From the IMG/VR virus record IMGVR_UViG_3300048121_001678, positions 233,165 to 297,164 of that record: a stretch of 64,000 nucleotides of DNA; one strand, 5' to 3'. The notes below the pieces were generated by a model, which saw nothing but the letters and a program-made list of their open reading frames with translations, ran no database searches and had not been told where the DNA came from. Both the position numbers and the translations under genes were made by a program. Within the stretch, counting starts at the first letter, position 1, and each line of letters begins with the position of its first letter. This document shows, in pieces, positions 37,737-47,047 of this stretch.

Positions 37737-38297
37737 ATGAAGAGAACGATAATAATAAATCTATTTGGTGGTCCTGGCTCGGGTAAGTCTACGGTTGCCT
37801 CAGGATTATTTTACACGTTTAAGAGTAAAGGACTAACATGTGATAACCCTTATGAGTTCCCAAAACAAGTGGCGTGGGAGGATAATAAATCACAAATATC
37901 TGACCAACTTTATATATTCGCTAATCAACATAGAGGAATTGTTCGTTCTTATGGTAAAGTAAACTACATTATTTTAGATTCTCCGTTATTATTATCTTTG
38001 GTTTATAAAAATGGATATACAGGTGACTATCCCGCCAAGTTTTATAATGATAGTTTTGATTCCATGGTTTTGGAACTATTTAAGAGTTATGAAAATATCA
38101 ACATATTTTTAGATAGAGCAGATAGACAATTTCAACAGGAAGGTAGATTTCAATCTGAAGAAGAATCTGAAGAAGTTGATAAAAAAATAAAAATGATAAT
38201 GGATGAAAATGATATTCCTTATCATAGCGTCAAAGTAGGTGATAACGAAATAAGACGTATTATAGAAATTATAAGAAATGAAAAAGAAAGCAATTAA
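37737..38297 (+). CDS. P-loop kinase (NadR/AAA_28-like)
   Basis: INLFGGPGSGKST, ILDSPL, GRFQSEEES. Confidence 0.8.
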   Translation: MKRTIIINLFGGPGSGKSTVASGLFYTFKSKGLTCDNPYEFPKQVAWEDNKSQISDQLYIFANQHRGIVRSYGKVNYIILDSPLLLSLVYKNGYTGDYPAKFYNDSFDSMVLELFKSYENINIFLDRADRQFQQEGRFQSEEESEEVDKKIKMIMDENDIPYHSVKVGDNEIRRIIEIIRNEKESN

Positions 38298-38667
38298 CGC
38301 AGTTTACAGAAAAGATTCTGAATCATTCCCTGAGTGGTTAAAGTATGAAGTCACCATTTTATCTGAAGATGGTGAAATATCTAAAGTACCGGCTTACGGT
38401 AAAGATTTACAAGATGCACTATCAAGGGTAGTACATGACGATAGAGTTAAAAAAATAGAAAAAAAGGTAATCGGTAAAGTTTCACTTACTGGATGGACAA
38501 TCGCTTGGTTTTTGGGTATGGCACTTTCGGTTTCAGTTGTCTACTCGACAATTGAACATAGATATGCCGGTTTTTGGATTATAGGGGTAATATTACTATA
38601 CTCACTTATGACACTTTCAATAAGTAACTGGTTTAGCTTACGAAATGTTAGTCAAGGCAAAAAGTAA
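38278..38667 (+). CDS. Hypothetical membrane protein
   Basis: PAYGKDLQDAL; two C-terminal TM helices. Confidence 0.65.
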   Translation: MKKKAINAVYRKDSESFPEWLKYEVTILSEDGEISKVPAYGKDLQDALSRVVHDDRVKKIEKKVIGKVSLTGWTIAWFLGMALSVSVVYSTIEHRYAGFWIIGVILLYSLMTLSISNWFSLRNVSQGKK

Positions 38668-38715
38668 TTTACCTAAGACTTAATTAAATTATATTTATTC
38701 AGTAAACAACTCAAT

Positions 38716-39315
38716 ATGATTATTATAGACAACTTTATTAAGGACGAAGAATTACTAAAAAAAATCAATAATGATAAAGATTTTTGGACTGTCGGGTACC
38801 GATGGTACGATGGATGGTGGAAAGAAGGAGTACAAGATTTACACCATGAATTGATAAAATTAATTTGGGGTGAAGACTCACCACATGAAAGTGTTCAGGT
38901 TGCTGGTTTTGAACATTGGGTTGGTGATTACACAAGTAAAGAATCTTTCGATGTTATTGGTGAAAAGTGGTCCTTAAAACCTCACTTCGATAAAGATGAA
39001 GAGAAGTGGAACAATGATAAGACATTCGTAACACCTAAGATTGGGACGGTATTCTACCCTGACCCTGAGATTGATGAGATGGAAGGTGGTATGTTATATT
39101 ATTGGGAGAAGTTCCCACCTCAAAGAGCAAATGAAGATAACACAATCTTTTGGCCAGAAGAGGAACCTGAAATAATCAAACCTAAATTCAATAGATTACT
39201 TATCTTCGACGCAGGTTGTTTACACGGTGTAAGTCAGATTAAGTCAGGAAGACGTAGGGCGGTCGCAATCAATTTGTGGGACCAAAAACCCACAACGTTC
39301 AAAAAAGATTATTAA
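38716..39315 (+). CDS. 2OG-Fe(II) oxygenase
   Basis: PHFDKD, GTVFY, GG.L, HGVS, RRAVAINLW. Confidence 0.82.
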   Translation: MIIIDNFIKDEELLKKINNDKDFWTVGYRWYDGWWKEGVQDLHHELIKLIWGEDSPHESVQVAGFEHWVGDYTSKESFDVIGEKWSLKPHFDKDEEKWNNDKTFVTPKIGTVFYPDPEIDEMEGGMLYYWEKFPPQRANEDNTIFWPEEEPEIIKPKFNRLLIFDAGCLHGVSQIKSGRRRAVAINLWDQKPTTFKKDY

Positions 39316-39360
39316 TATAAGAGGTTTGGTTTTCCAAACCTTTTTTTTTACCTTTGTTTT

Positions 39361-39963
39361 ATGAAAGTAATATTCTTAGATAACGACGGAGTTATTTGTT
39401 TGACAAATAATTGGGGGAGTAGACTTAAAAAACAAAAAAAGGTCTATACTAAGAACAACCCACACCCGATGGGTGAAAAAATCCCTCTTAATTTAAGGTT
39501 TGACAACTTTGACCAAAAAGCAGTTAAAGTTCTAAACAAGATATTGAAAGAGACTGACGCTGAGATTGTGGTAAGTTCTGATTGGAGATTTCATGCAACA
39601 TTAGAGGAGTTAGGTGATTACTACGAATCTCAGGGCATCATCAAAAGACCGATTGGTCTGACTGAACGTTACCATTATACGTTTTGGAAAGAAGAAGGGT
39701 TTATACCTGAAGATTTTGGTTTTAGTAGGACATTTGATTTGGAACAAGAACGACACTTTGAGATTAAGAGATGGTTACGTGACCACCCTGAAGTCACTCA
39801 TTGGGTTGCTGTTGATGACTTGAATATGGGATTTGAGATTAATACCTCTTATGGTCCAACTGAACGTGATTGGGGATTGGAAAACTTTGTATGGACCCCA
39901 CGGAATTTTGAAGGTATCAAACAGAGTGGAATGAAAGACAAGATAATAAAGTTTTTACGATGA
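39361..39963 (+). CDS. HAD domain of the Swiss-army-knife RNA repair type
   Basis: VIFLDNDGV, VVSSDWR, EIKRWL..WVAVDD; TACCTTTG at 39349-39356. Confidence 0.8.
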   Translation: MKVIFLDNDGVICLTNNWGSRLKKQKKVYTKNNPHPMGEKIPLNLRFDNFDQKAVKVLNKILKETDAEIVVSSDWRFHATLEELGDYYESQGIIKRPIGLTERYHYTFWKEEGFIPEDFGFSRTFDLEQERHFEIKRWLRDHPEVTHWVAVDDLNMGFEINTSYGPTERDWGLENFVWTPRNFEGIKQSGMKDKIIKFLR

Positions 39964-40472
39964 ATATATTTGTATTGGATTGGGACGTTGAAAAGTGTGC
40001 TCAATATCACAACGACAAACATGTGGTTAAGATGATATTGGAGACGGCTCAGTTATTGTGTGGTGTTCATCATATGACCGACCAAGCTAACGACCAAGCT
40101 AACGACCAAGCTAACGACCAAGTCCCATACAAGTTATCACATAAAAACCACCCCTGTTCTATTTGGGCTCGTGAGAGTATTACTAATTATCTATGGTTAT
40201 GTGAATTGGGTTTGGAACTGTGTTATGAATACACTCATCGTTACGGTAAGAGACACAAATCTCAGGATGTGATAGAGTGGTGTATCGAAAACAAAGCCAA
40301 CCTACCCGAGAAAGGTTTTACAGAACCAGCAAAGGCAATGCCGATACAATACAAGGAAAAATCAGTTGTTGAATCTTATCGAAACTACTATCGAGGTGAA
40401 AAAGCGTCATTTTCTAAATGGAAAAATCGTCCTACCCCTTTATGGTTTAGTGAATCTTTACTATCATTATAA
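39960..40472 (+). CDS. Pyrimidine-dimer DNA glycosylase (DenV-like)
   Basis: MNIF.LD..CA..H.DKHVVKMILETAQLL, H.NHPC..W, YRNYY..K. Confidence 0.82.
   Translation: MNIFVLDWDVEKCAQYHNDKHVVKMILETAQLLCGVHHMTDQANDQANDQANDQVPYKLSHKNHPCSIWARESITNYLWLCELGLELCYEYTHRYGKRHKSQDVIEWCIENKANLPEKGFTEPAKAMPIQYKEKSVVESYRNYYRGEKASFSKWKNRPTPLWFSESLLSL
40080..40122 (+). repeat. In-frame 12-bp tandem repeat (DQAN x3.6)
   Basis: gaccaagctaac x3 plus gaccaag. Confidence 0.9.
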
Positions 40473-40483
40473 AAAATCTAATC

Positions 40484-41392
40484 ATGAAAAAGTTTATCTT
40501 CTTATTGTCACTATTATTGACAACATTTGTGACAAAAGCCTCTCACGTTATGGGTGGTATCATTCAAGTGGCTCAAACCAGCCAGGACTCAACATCTATT
40601 GGGTTATATATCATATCAGAATCTTTCCCTTCAATGCCGTCATCAGTATCCGTTCAAAGATGGGAAATGAACTCTCAGGGTTGGTATGACTATGATGGTA
40701 ATATTACCTTAGACATGGTGACCACAAACACACATCAGGGATTTAATACTACTAATTACGGTAGTGACTATTTAGACCTTGATTCAGGTCAATATCGTTT
40801 CATTTACACAAACTGTTGTTGGGGACAATTAAATAACTCGTCAAGCACATCAAACTCAGAAGTGGTTATTTCAGCAGATTATTGGCATGTCCCAAACAAT
40901 ACAACACCATTTATGGAACAACCTTTATGGGTAAATGTCCAATCAAATATAGTCAACTCAATGAAACCTATATGGGGTATTTTCAACTGTCACTTCACAA
41001 ACCCTGATGGAGATTCTGTGAATTTATATATGTCAGAGATTTACTCATCATATTCTAATGGTGTTTTTGTACCACAAGTTCAAACCTCAACAAATGTATT
41101 GGCAGATAACGATTCTATTACCTTTGTTGGTACTAACTTAGGAACTTATGGGTATGGGTTTCAAATTGACAAATACCGTAATGGGTATTTACTAACAACC
41201 CAAAGAATACAATGGACATTCAAAGTGGTCTCATCCACTCTCGGTATCGAAAAAAATGATATTGAAAAAGAAGTATTAGGTATTTGGGATTGGCAAGGTC
41301 GTTATATGGGAAAAGATATAAAATCACTAAATAGTGGATTACATGTTATTAGATATGATGATGGAACTACAGAAAAAAAATTTAAGTTATGA
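40484..41392 (+). CDS. Secreted protein with T9SS-like C-terminal sorting domain
   Basis: Signal peptide ending TKA-SHVMGG; C-terminal TLGIE..IWDWQGR..L.SGLHVIRYDDGTTEK. Confidence 0.7.
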   Translation: MKKFIFLLSLLLTTFVTKASHVMGGIIQVAQTSQDSTSIGLYIISESFPSMPSSVSVQRWEMNSQGWYDYDGNITLDMVTTNTHQGFNTTNYGSDYLDLDSGQYRFIYTNCCWGQLNNSSSTSNSEVVISADYWHVPNNTTPFMEQPLWVNVQSNIVNSMKPIWGIFNCHFTNPDGDSVNLYMSEIYSSYSNGVFVPQVQTSTNVLADNDSITFVGTNLGTYGYGFQIDKYRNGYLLTTQRIQWTFKVVSSTLGIEKNDIEKEVLGIWDWQGRYMGKDIKSLNSGLHVIRYDDGTTEKKFKL

Positions 41393-41525
41393 GCGGAATA
41401 ATTGCAAGAATTATATTAGTTTTGTTTGTATCGATGATTAGTTATCAGGTATACGTTAATTTTATAAAAAAAGAAAAATAGAAAACTACTTAGAGTAAAA
41501 AGAAAGGGACGTTAAGTCTCTTTTT

Positions 41526-41825
41526 TTATTCAAAGATAAATTCTTTAATATAATCGATAGTCTGAACTGAACTATCTGTTCTTATAATTTCTCCATTATA
41601 TACCAACCCAAAAGTAGGTAGTCCTCTTACTTTAAATTCTGTACCCAAATCATAATTATAATCAATATTACAAATCACAATAGGTACATCTATCTCAGAC
41701 TGCAACTTAGTTAGGTTTGGAAACATCATTTTAGAATACCCATCCCATTCAGTATAGAAATATACAAAAACCCTTTCGTTCTTACTGGTTAAATCTTTTA
41801 GTGTGTTTTTATTAACTTCAATCAT
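41526..41825 (-). CDS. Thioredoxin-fold protein lacking CxxC (WDGYS)
   Basis: FY.EW.G..KMM.P..NID..VRGLPTF..NGE. Confidence 0.75.
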   Translation of the reverse strand: MIEVNKNTLKDLTSKNERVFVYFYTEWDGYSKMMFPNLTKLQSEIDVPIVICNIDYNYDLGTEFKVRGLPTFGLVYNGEIIRTDSSVQTIDYIKEFIFE

Positions 41826-42430
41826 TTTTCAAATAAATAATCACATACCGCACAATATCTCCATCCAAATTCTTTAGGTACGTACAGTGGGTTATGGAAT
41901 AGTGTTCCGTCAAAAAAATAAAATTTTCCTTTTTCTACAGGTCCGTTATAAACATCATCTTTATGCGCCATTACTAAATCTGTATATGGTGAACCACATG
42001 ATGGTACGTCTAAATAAAGACTTAATGTATAATCAGAGTCTGTTTGGTCATCCCCATCACCATTAGAAATGTTATCTCTATGTGAATGCCAGTAAGACTT
42101 GTGTTCATCATTTGACGCGATAATCCATGCTTCTGAATTTATTAGATTTAAACTTTTACCTTCAATACCTCTTAGTGTTCTTGCAAGTGTTAATCCAATT
42201 TTATATGCGTCCTCGAAAAAGTGAGGTAAATTTTTTGGGTCTAATGTAACGTGAACACCTGGTCCTTGGTCCTTTAAATTACCGTGTTCGTCATAATTAA
42301 CCCCCAATAACTCTTTAGACCATAATTCATCATATAATAGTTTACTATCTAAGTTTTTAACGTATTCCACTTCAGACGTATAGACATAATGGTCACCTAC
42401 TTTAATTGTTTCTAATAATGGTGTTATCAT
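41822..42430 (-). CDS. Putative 2OG-Fe(II) oxygenase
   Basis: WHSHRD, TLSLYLD, FFDG.LFH.P..RY. Confidence 0.65.
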   Translation of the reverse strand: MITPLLETIKVGDHYVYTSEVEYVKNLDSKLLYDELWSKELLGVNYDEHGNLKDQGPGVHVTLDPKNLPHFFEDAYKIGLTLARTLRGIEGKSLNLINSEAWIIASNDEHKSYWHSHRDNISNGDGDDQTDSDYTLSLYLDVPSCGSPYTDLVMAHKDDVYNGPVEKGKFYFFDGTLFHNPLYVPKEFGWRYCAVCDYLFEK

Positions 42431-42562
42431 TTAAAATGTTATTTTAATTGAAATCTAATATAAAATATAAATAAGTAAAAAAGATTGTGTAATATAATTA
42501 AACCAATCATTGTTTATTATGTAGAAATACCATATATTTGTATCAAACAGAAATAAAAAAAT

Positions 42563-43222
42563 ATGGATTACGGAAAAGATTTTAGAAAGTATGCGATGAG
42601 TGATTTTAATATGTCATCATCAACTTTGGATTCAATTGAATCATCACTAACCCCTTACATCTTAGAAGAGAGAGAGATGAGGGTAACACAAATGGATATA
42701 TTCTCTCGATTAATGAGAGACCGACTATTGTGGGTTGCTGGACCAGTAAATGACCATATGTCAACAATGGTTCAAGCGCAACTTATGTATTTAGACTCTG
42801 TAGATAACATGCCAATTACGATGCACATTGACTCACCAGGTGGTTCAGTAAAATCAGGATTGTCTATGGTCGATGTAATGCATTATATCAAATCAGATAT
42901 TGCTACGGTAAATACTGGTATGGCTGCGTCAATGGGTTCAGTACTATTAGGTGCAGGTACAAAAGGGATGAGGTCCTCACTTCGTTTCTCACGTACAATG
43001 TTACACCAATCATCAGGAGGAGCAATGGGTAATATCCAAGATGCGGAAATCACAATGAACGAATGGAAGAAGTTGAATGACATTCTATTTGGATTGTTAG
43101 GTGAGTTCTGTGGTAAAGACCCTGAGCAAGTGAAACAAGATGCCTCACGTGATTTGTGGTTGTCAGCACAAGACGCTCTCGAGTATGGTATTATTGATGA
43201 GATTGTTAAATCCAAAAAGTAA
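42563..43222 (+). CDS. clpP: ATP-dependent Clp protease proteolytic subunit
   Basis: DIFSRLM.DR, IDSPGGSV, AASMG, MLHQ, RD.WLSA..A.EYGIID; TATATTTG at 42533-42540. Confidence 0.95.
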   Translation: MDYGKDFRKYAMSDFNMSSSTLDSIESSLTPYILEEREMRVTQMDIFSRLMRDRLLWVAGPVNDHMSTMVQAQLMYLDSVDNMPITMHIDSPGGSVKSGLSMVDVMHYIKSDIATVNTGMAASMGSVLLGAGTKGMRSSLRFSRTMLHQSSGGAMGNIQDAEITMNEWKKLNDILFGLLGEFCGKDPEQVKQDASRDLWLSAQDALEYGIIDEIVKSKK

Positions 43223-43245
43223 TATGTAGAATATACATATTACCT

Positions 43246-43278
43246 AAAAACCCCCATCTATTAAGGTGGGGGTTTTTA
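43246..43278. terminator. Bidirectional terminator between clpP and the rhodopsin operon
   Basis: aaaaaccccc-atctattaaggt-gggggttttt; same family as hairpins near 4089, 53038, 53516 and 55569. Confidence 0.75.
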
Positions 43279-43302
43279 ATTATTTAATATTAAAATGTAA
43301 GT

Positions 43303-43941
43303 CTATTTTTTATCTCCACTTGTTGCATGTTTAACACCCATTATTGTACCAATAATACTAAAGGAGTTTGTTAATAAAATACCAAAAAGGTTTGACCATG
43401 TTGATTCAATAATTTTAGAATCATGACCCTTTAATAATACAAAGACATACAAAGCAGTTGTTATAACACCAACACCCATTATTACCCAAAGGGCCACCTT
43501 AACTATATTACTCATTAATTCGGTTTGTGTTTTCTTTTGAAGTAGCGAAAGGTCGGTTTCAGCAAGTTCCTTAGCTTGTTCCGCTTTATATCTTAACCTA
43601 TCCGCTTCTTCCCTAGACTTCTCAGATTCTTCTTTAGACTTAGTAGCTATTTCTGCAGAATCAATAGCTTCTTTTAGTGCTGTTTCTAATTGTTTGTTAA
43701 CTCTAATATTTTCTTTTGCTGCTGATTCTAAGTCTTTATTTTGAGACTGAACCTGTTTGGTAACCTGTAAACGTTTCTTTCTTGCAGTAACATCTCTGTC
43801 CTTACATGTTTTTAGATAGTCTACTAATTCTTTATCATCCTTTTCTGCTTTTAGAACTTTTAATATATTTCCTTCCAAATATATTTTCTTCTCCTTAGCT
43901 AAGGTCAACAATACTTTTTTTACTTCAGGAGTTATTATCAT
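43303..43941 (-). CDS. Coiled-coil protein with two C-terminal TM helices
   Basis: K/E-rich heptads then VALWVIMGVGVITTALYVFVLL and LFGILLTNSFSIIGTIMGV; ATGA overlap with the rhodopsin stop. Confidence 0.75.
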   Translation of the reverse strand: MIITPEVKKVLLTLAKEKKIYLEGNILKVLKAEKDDKELVDYLKTCKDRDVTARKKRLQVTKQVQSQNKDLESAAKENIRVNKQLETALKEAIDSAEIATKSKEESEKSREEADRLRYKAEQAKELAETDLSLLQKKTQTELMSNIVKVALWVIMGVGVITTALYVFVLLKGHDSKIIESTWSNLFGILLTNSFSIIGTIMGVKHATSGDKK

Positions 43942-44519
43942 TTTTCATATTTTGTGTGTATGTAAATAGCCACACCTAATTTTGCAGTTAAATCAACTAA
44001 AGAATACAATATAATTGTCATTAATGAATCAGTTGTAAAATATACTATAGGGTAAAACATCCATAAAGTTAATACTCCAATGAAAAAATTTAATTGTTTT
44101 TTCTTTATTCCATTTGATAAACTCACGAAAGTATAGATTGAAAACATGGTTCCTATGAAACCACCCAAGACTTTGGGTATAATAGATGCTTCACCTAAGA
44201 ATCCAAACAACAACATACCCAACATACAGAGTATTGAAGATAATAAGGTTCCAATTTTTTTGTGTTTTACTTTTAAGAAAGTATACATTTGATATATTAG
44301 AATAGGTACGGTAAATGTCCAGTCTAAGTATCTCCATGTTCTTAAATTCGTAGTATCATCAATACCAAATAAATGTGACATTAACATATATGATACACCA
44401 GCAATCAATAATATTATTGATGACAATTTTGACTGTAGTGAATTTAATGAGTTGTACCCAAAATAAAGTCCTCCACCTAAAAATAATAAGGACGTAGTGA
44501 ATAAAATATCGCTAATCAT
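43938..44519 (-). CDS. Compact type-1 microbial rhodopsin (DTQ motif)
   Basis: 7 hydrophobic helices; helix C RYLDWTFTVP, helix D MLLFGFLGE, helix F W.FYP, helix G DLTAK with Lys180. Confidence 0.9.
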   Translation of the reverse strand: MISDILFTTSLLFLGGGLYFGYNSLNSLQSKLSSIILLIAGVSYMLMSHLFGIDDTTNLRTWRYLDWTFTVPILIYQMYTFLKVKHKKIGTLLSSILCMLGMLLFGFLGEASIIPKVLGGFIGTMFSIYTFVSLSNGIKKKQLNFFIGVLTLWMFYPIVYFTTDSLMTIILYSLVDLTAKLGVAIYIHTKYEK

Positions 44520-45021
44520 TTTTGTACTGTTTTAATTTATCGTTTAGTTTAATATTTTCCATTCTAAGGTTAAAGTTAACCTCCATCTGTTCCTTTATTT
44601 TTTCTTCCAAATCTTCTCTATACATTTTGGATACATCATCCTTTATTTTTTCTTGTTTTTTAGATTTGATTTTTTGGTTGATTCTCCTGATATTACTTAA
44701 CGCACTAATTGAGATGACTACCCAACCCCAATTCATGTGACTCCATGTATATGGGTCGTATTCATAGAAGTGTAGACCAATAAACAAAATGGACATAATA
44801 CCATATAGGTACGCAAATAATTTTCTCCTTTCTAATTTACTATATACCACTGAGTAAAGTGTACCAAAACCAATTAACGAGCTCAGAATACCAATATACC
44901 AAAGGTGATAATTTTCCATCATCAACACAGCAGGGGCAAAGATGAACCAAATTAAACCTTGAATAATTTCAGTAGGTTCAGAATCGTGGTAGGTTAAGAT
45001 ATGTCCTAGTTTTTTTATCAT
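44512..45021 (-). CDS. 4-TM membrane protein with C-terminal coiled coil
   Basis: Hydrophobic residues ~20-110, then K/E/Q-rich helix; overlaps both neighbours. Confidence 0.75.
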   Translation of the reverse strand: MIKKLGHILTYHDSEPTEIIQGLIWFIFAPAVLMMENYHLWYIGILSSLIGFGTLYSVVYSKLERRKLFAYLYGIMSILFIGLHFYEYDPYTWSHMNWGWVVISISALSNIRRINQKIKSKKQEKIKDDVSKMYREDLEEKIKEQMEVNFNLRMENIKLNDKLKQYKND

Positions 45022-45455
45022 TTGTACACTTTAAATGGGTTTGTTTTATTTTTATACCCTTCATAGTCTTCCCTAAAATCCTCTAAACGTGGTTCAATGT
45101 CGTCTGATTTTATAATCCAAAATTGAGCACCAGCATTTTTTGCCTTCTCTATTTCTTGATTATCATCAGATGATGATATGATTCCTATCACACATCCATT
45201 TCCGTATTCATGATTTATTTTATGGACCATCTCAATTCCATTGAATGAAGAACCTATGATATTCAAATCAACAAACACACATTCAGGACGTTCATGGTTC
45301 ACGTCATCTGGAAACCATTCTTTGAACTTTTTATCTGCTTCATCTGAAGAGTTTAACGCCTCTAACGAAAGAGTAATATCTAAGATACTACACGCATCTT
45401 CGAAGACCAAGTGGAAAAGGTCTTCATCATCAATTAACATTATTGAATTAATCAT
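45018..45455 (-). CDS. Single-domain response regulator (receiver)
   Basis: IMLIDD (D9/D10), VFVDLN (D63), ISSS, IIK. Confidence 0.9.
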   Translation of the reverse strand: MINSIMLIDDEDLFHLVFEDACSILDITLSLEALNSSDEADKKFKEWFPDDVNHERPECVFVDLNIIGSSFNGIEMVHKINHEYGNGCVIGIISSSDDNQEIEKAKNAGAQFWIIKSDDIEPRLEDFREDYEGYKNKTNPFKVYK

Positions 45456-45462
45456 TTCTATA

Positions 45463-46713
45463 TTATTTAATTTTAATCTTTATTTTAGTTCCGTAATTTA
45501 ATTTTTCGGAGGTAATAGAAAAGTCGTGCTCTTGTAGGATTGCAATACATATATTCAGACCTAACCCACTACCACTTTCCTTTTGGTCTTTTTTTCTCGT
45601 ATAAGGTTTAGACAGTTCTATAAACTCTCTTTGACTCATACCTCGTCCATTATCTTGTATAATTAAAGTTTCTTCGTCTTCCATATAAATCATTACCGAC
45701 TTTGTAGGACTATCATTATATTTCAAACCGTTACGAATTAAATTATCTATTGCTGTACAAAATAATGGTTCATTCACATCAATCTCAGGTAAATCATCAA
45801 TCACCACCTGTTTCACATAAGAAGTTGAGGATAGATAGTCTCTCAAAATTTCTTTGAGGTTGGATTTTGTTTTTTCTAACTGAACTTCTTGCTTTACTAA
45901 GTTTGTGAACTCTTTCACACCGGAATACACTTTCTGAGTATGTTTCAAACCTTCTTCCAACATCTTAAGTGGAGAATCTATTTTTAATTCTTTAATTTGT
46001 TCATCAGAAATTCTTCTTTTCAAAGACCTTAATCCTCTTGGCATATAAGTATTAATACCTGAATGCATATCGTGTCTAAGGATTTTAGCTGCATGTTCTA
46101 AATAAGAGTTTTTTTGGTTCAACACCACTTCGGCATCATGTTGTGAAGTAATATCCGTTGCTATTTTTAATATGGTAGTATACTCACCATCCTCATTTTT
46201 AATAGGTGTATAATTACCAAATAACCATTTTTTGGAACCGTCTTTTGCAACCCTTTCGAATTCACCATTCACACTCTTACCCTGTCTCAAAGTATTCCAA
46301 AAGTTTAAATACTCCTTACTTTTAGCATATTCAGGTGTGACCATATTACTATGATGTTTGTTAACTATATTTTTTTCAGGACATCCCATAATATCACAGA
46401 AATTGTCATTAGCTGAAATTATATTCCCGTCAATACCCATAATCACCACTAAATTTGATTTACTGATAGCATCTAGTTGTGCATTTACGTTTTCTTCTTT
46501 GAGTCTGATGTTTTTTAAAAGCTCACTAATAACCATAAAGAAGGGTGGCATAAACGCAATTACACAAGCGTATCCAAATTGTGCTAAAAACATACTGTTT
46601 TCACATATACCAAAAACAATACAAGATTGCACAGAGAAAAACGCAAACATAATTATTGCCGCAATTCCCAAAGATATCTTGGACTTAATTGATAATAGTG
46701 AAACCGTATCCAT
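45463..46713 (-). CDS. Membrane-anchored PAS/PAC sensor histidine kinase
   Basis: 2 TM; PAS DG.IISAN.NF..W..L..G...GEF.RVAKDG..W..Y.PI..ATDIT; H-box RHDM; N-box DNLIRNGLKY; G1 DNGRG; G2 GSGLGL. Confidence 0.93.
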   Translation of the reverse strand: MDTVSLLSIKSKISLGIAAIIMFAFFSVQSCIVFGICENSMFLAQFGYACVIAFMPPFFMVISELLKNIRLKEENVNAQLDAISKSNLVVIMGIDGNIISANDNFCDIMGCPEKNIVNKHHSNMVTPEYAKSKEYLNFWNTLRQGKSVNGEFERVAKDGSKKWLFGNYTPIKNEDGEYTTILKIATDITSQHDAEVVLNQKNSYLEHAAKILRHDMHSGINTYMPRGLRSLKRRISDEQIKELKIDSPLKMLEEGLKHTQKVYSGVKEFTNLVKQEVQLEKTKSNLKEILRDYLSSTSYVKQVVIDDLPEIDVNEPLFCTAIDNLIRNGLKYNDSPTKSVMIYMEDEETLIIQDNGRGMSQREFIELSKPYTRKKDQKESGSGLGLNICIAILQEHDFSITSEKLNYGTKIKIKIK

Positions 46714-46716
46714 AAA

Positions 46717-46917
46717 TTATAACTCAGACTTTCTGAATCCACATTTACCGAAAAACCACTTTGAAGGGCAGAAACCTGTCCACACTCCTACGTTTAACAT
46801 GGCGATGACGAAAATTACGACACCCCATGATTCCAATAAAAAACCTGAAAGTAGTACCAACGACATTAGAAGGTATACCATACGTGTGTCTGTGACACTT
46901 TTTAATAAATTTTTCAT
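46717..46917 (-). CDS. YgaP/DUF2892-like 2-TM protein
   Basis: R..YL...TGFCP motif. Confidence 0.7.
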   Translation of the reverse strand: MKNLLKSVTDTRMVYLLMSLVLLSGFLLESWGVVIFVIAMLNVGVWTGFCPSKWFFGKCGFRKSEL

Positions 46918-46924
46918 ATATTGT

Positions 46925-47047
46925 TTACATCATGTTTATAGTTGCAAAAAAAGCAACTTTTATTCTTATCCATAATCTTTTGGACCATGTCAAAGATTTA
47001 AATTCTTTAGTTAAGAACATATCTTCTATCTCTTTATAATCTTCCAT
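46925..47047 (-). CDS. 40 aa leader micro-ORF of the rhodopsin operon (not in the ORF track)
   Basis: MEDYKEIEDMFLTKEFKSLTWSKRLWIRIKVAFFATINMM*; TATTTAT at 47051-47057. Confidence 0.55.
   Translation of the reverse strand: MEDYKEIEDMFLTKEFKSLTWSKRLWIRIKVAFFATINMM

Noticed and set aside
43938-44519. Heliorhodopsin or schizorhodopsin assignment
   Set aside because: RYxDW and DxxxK with both acidic counterions match canonical type-1 rhodopsins; heliorhodopsin-type motifs are absent.
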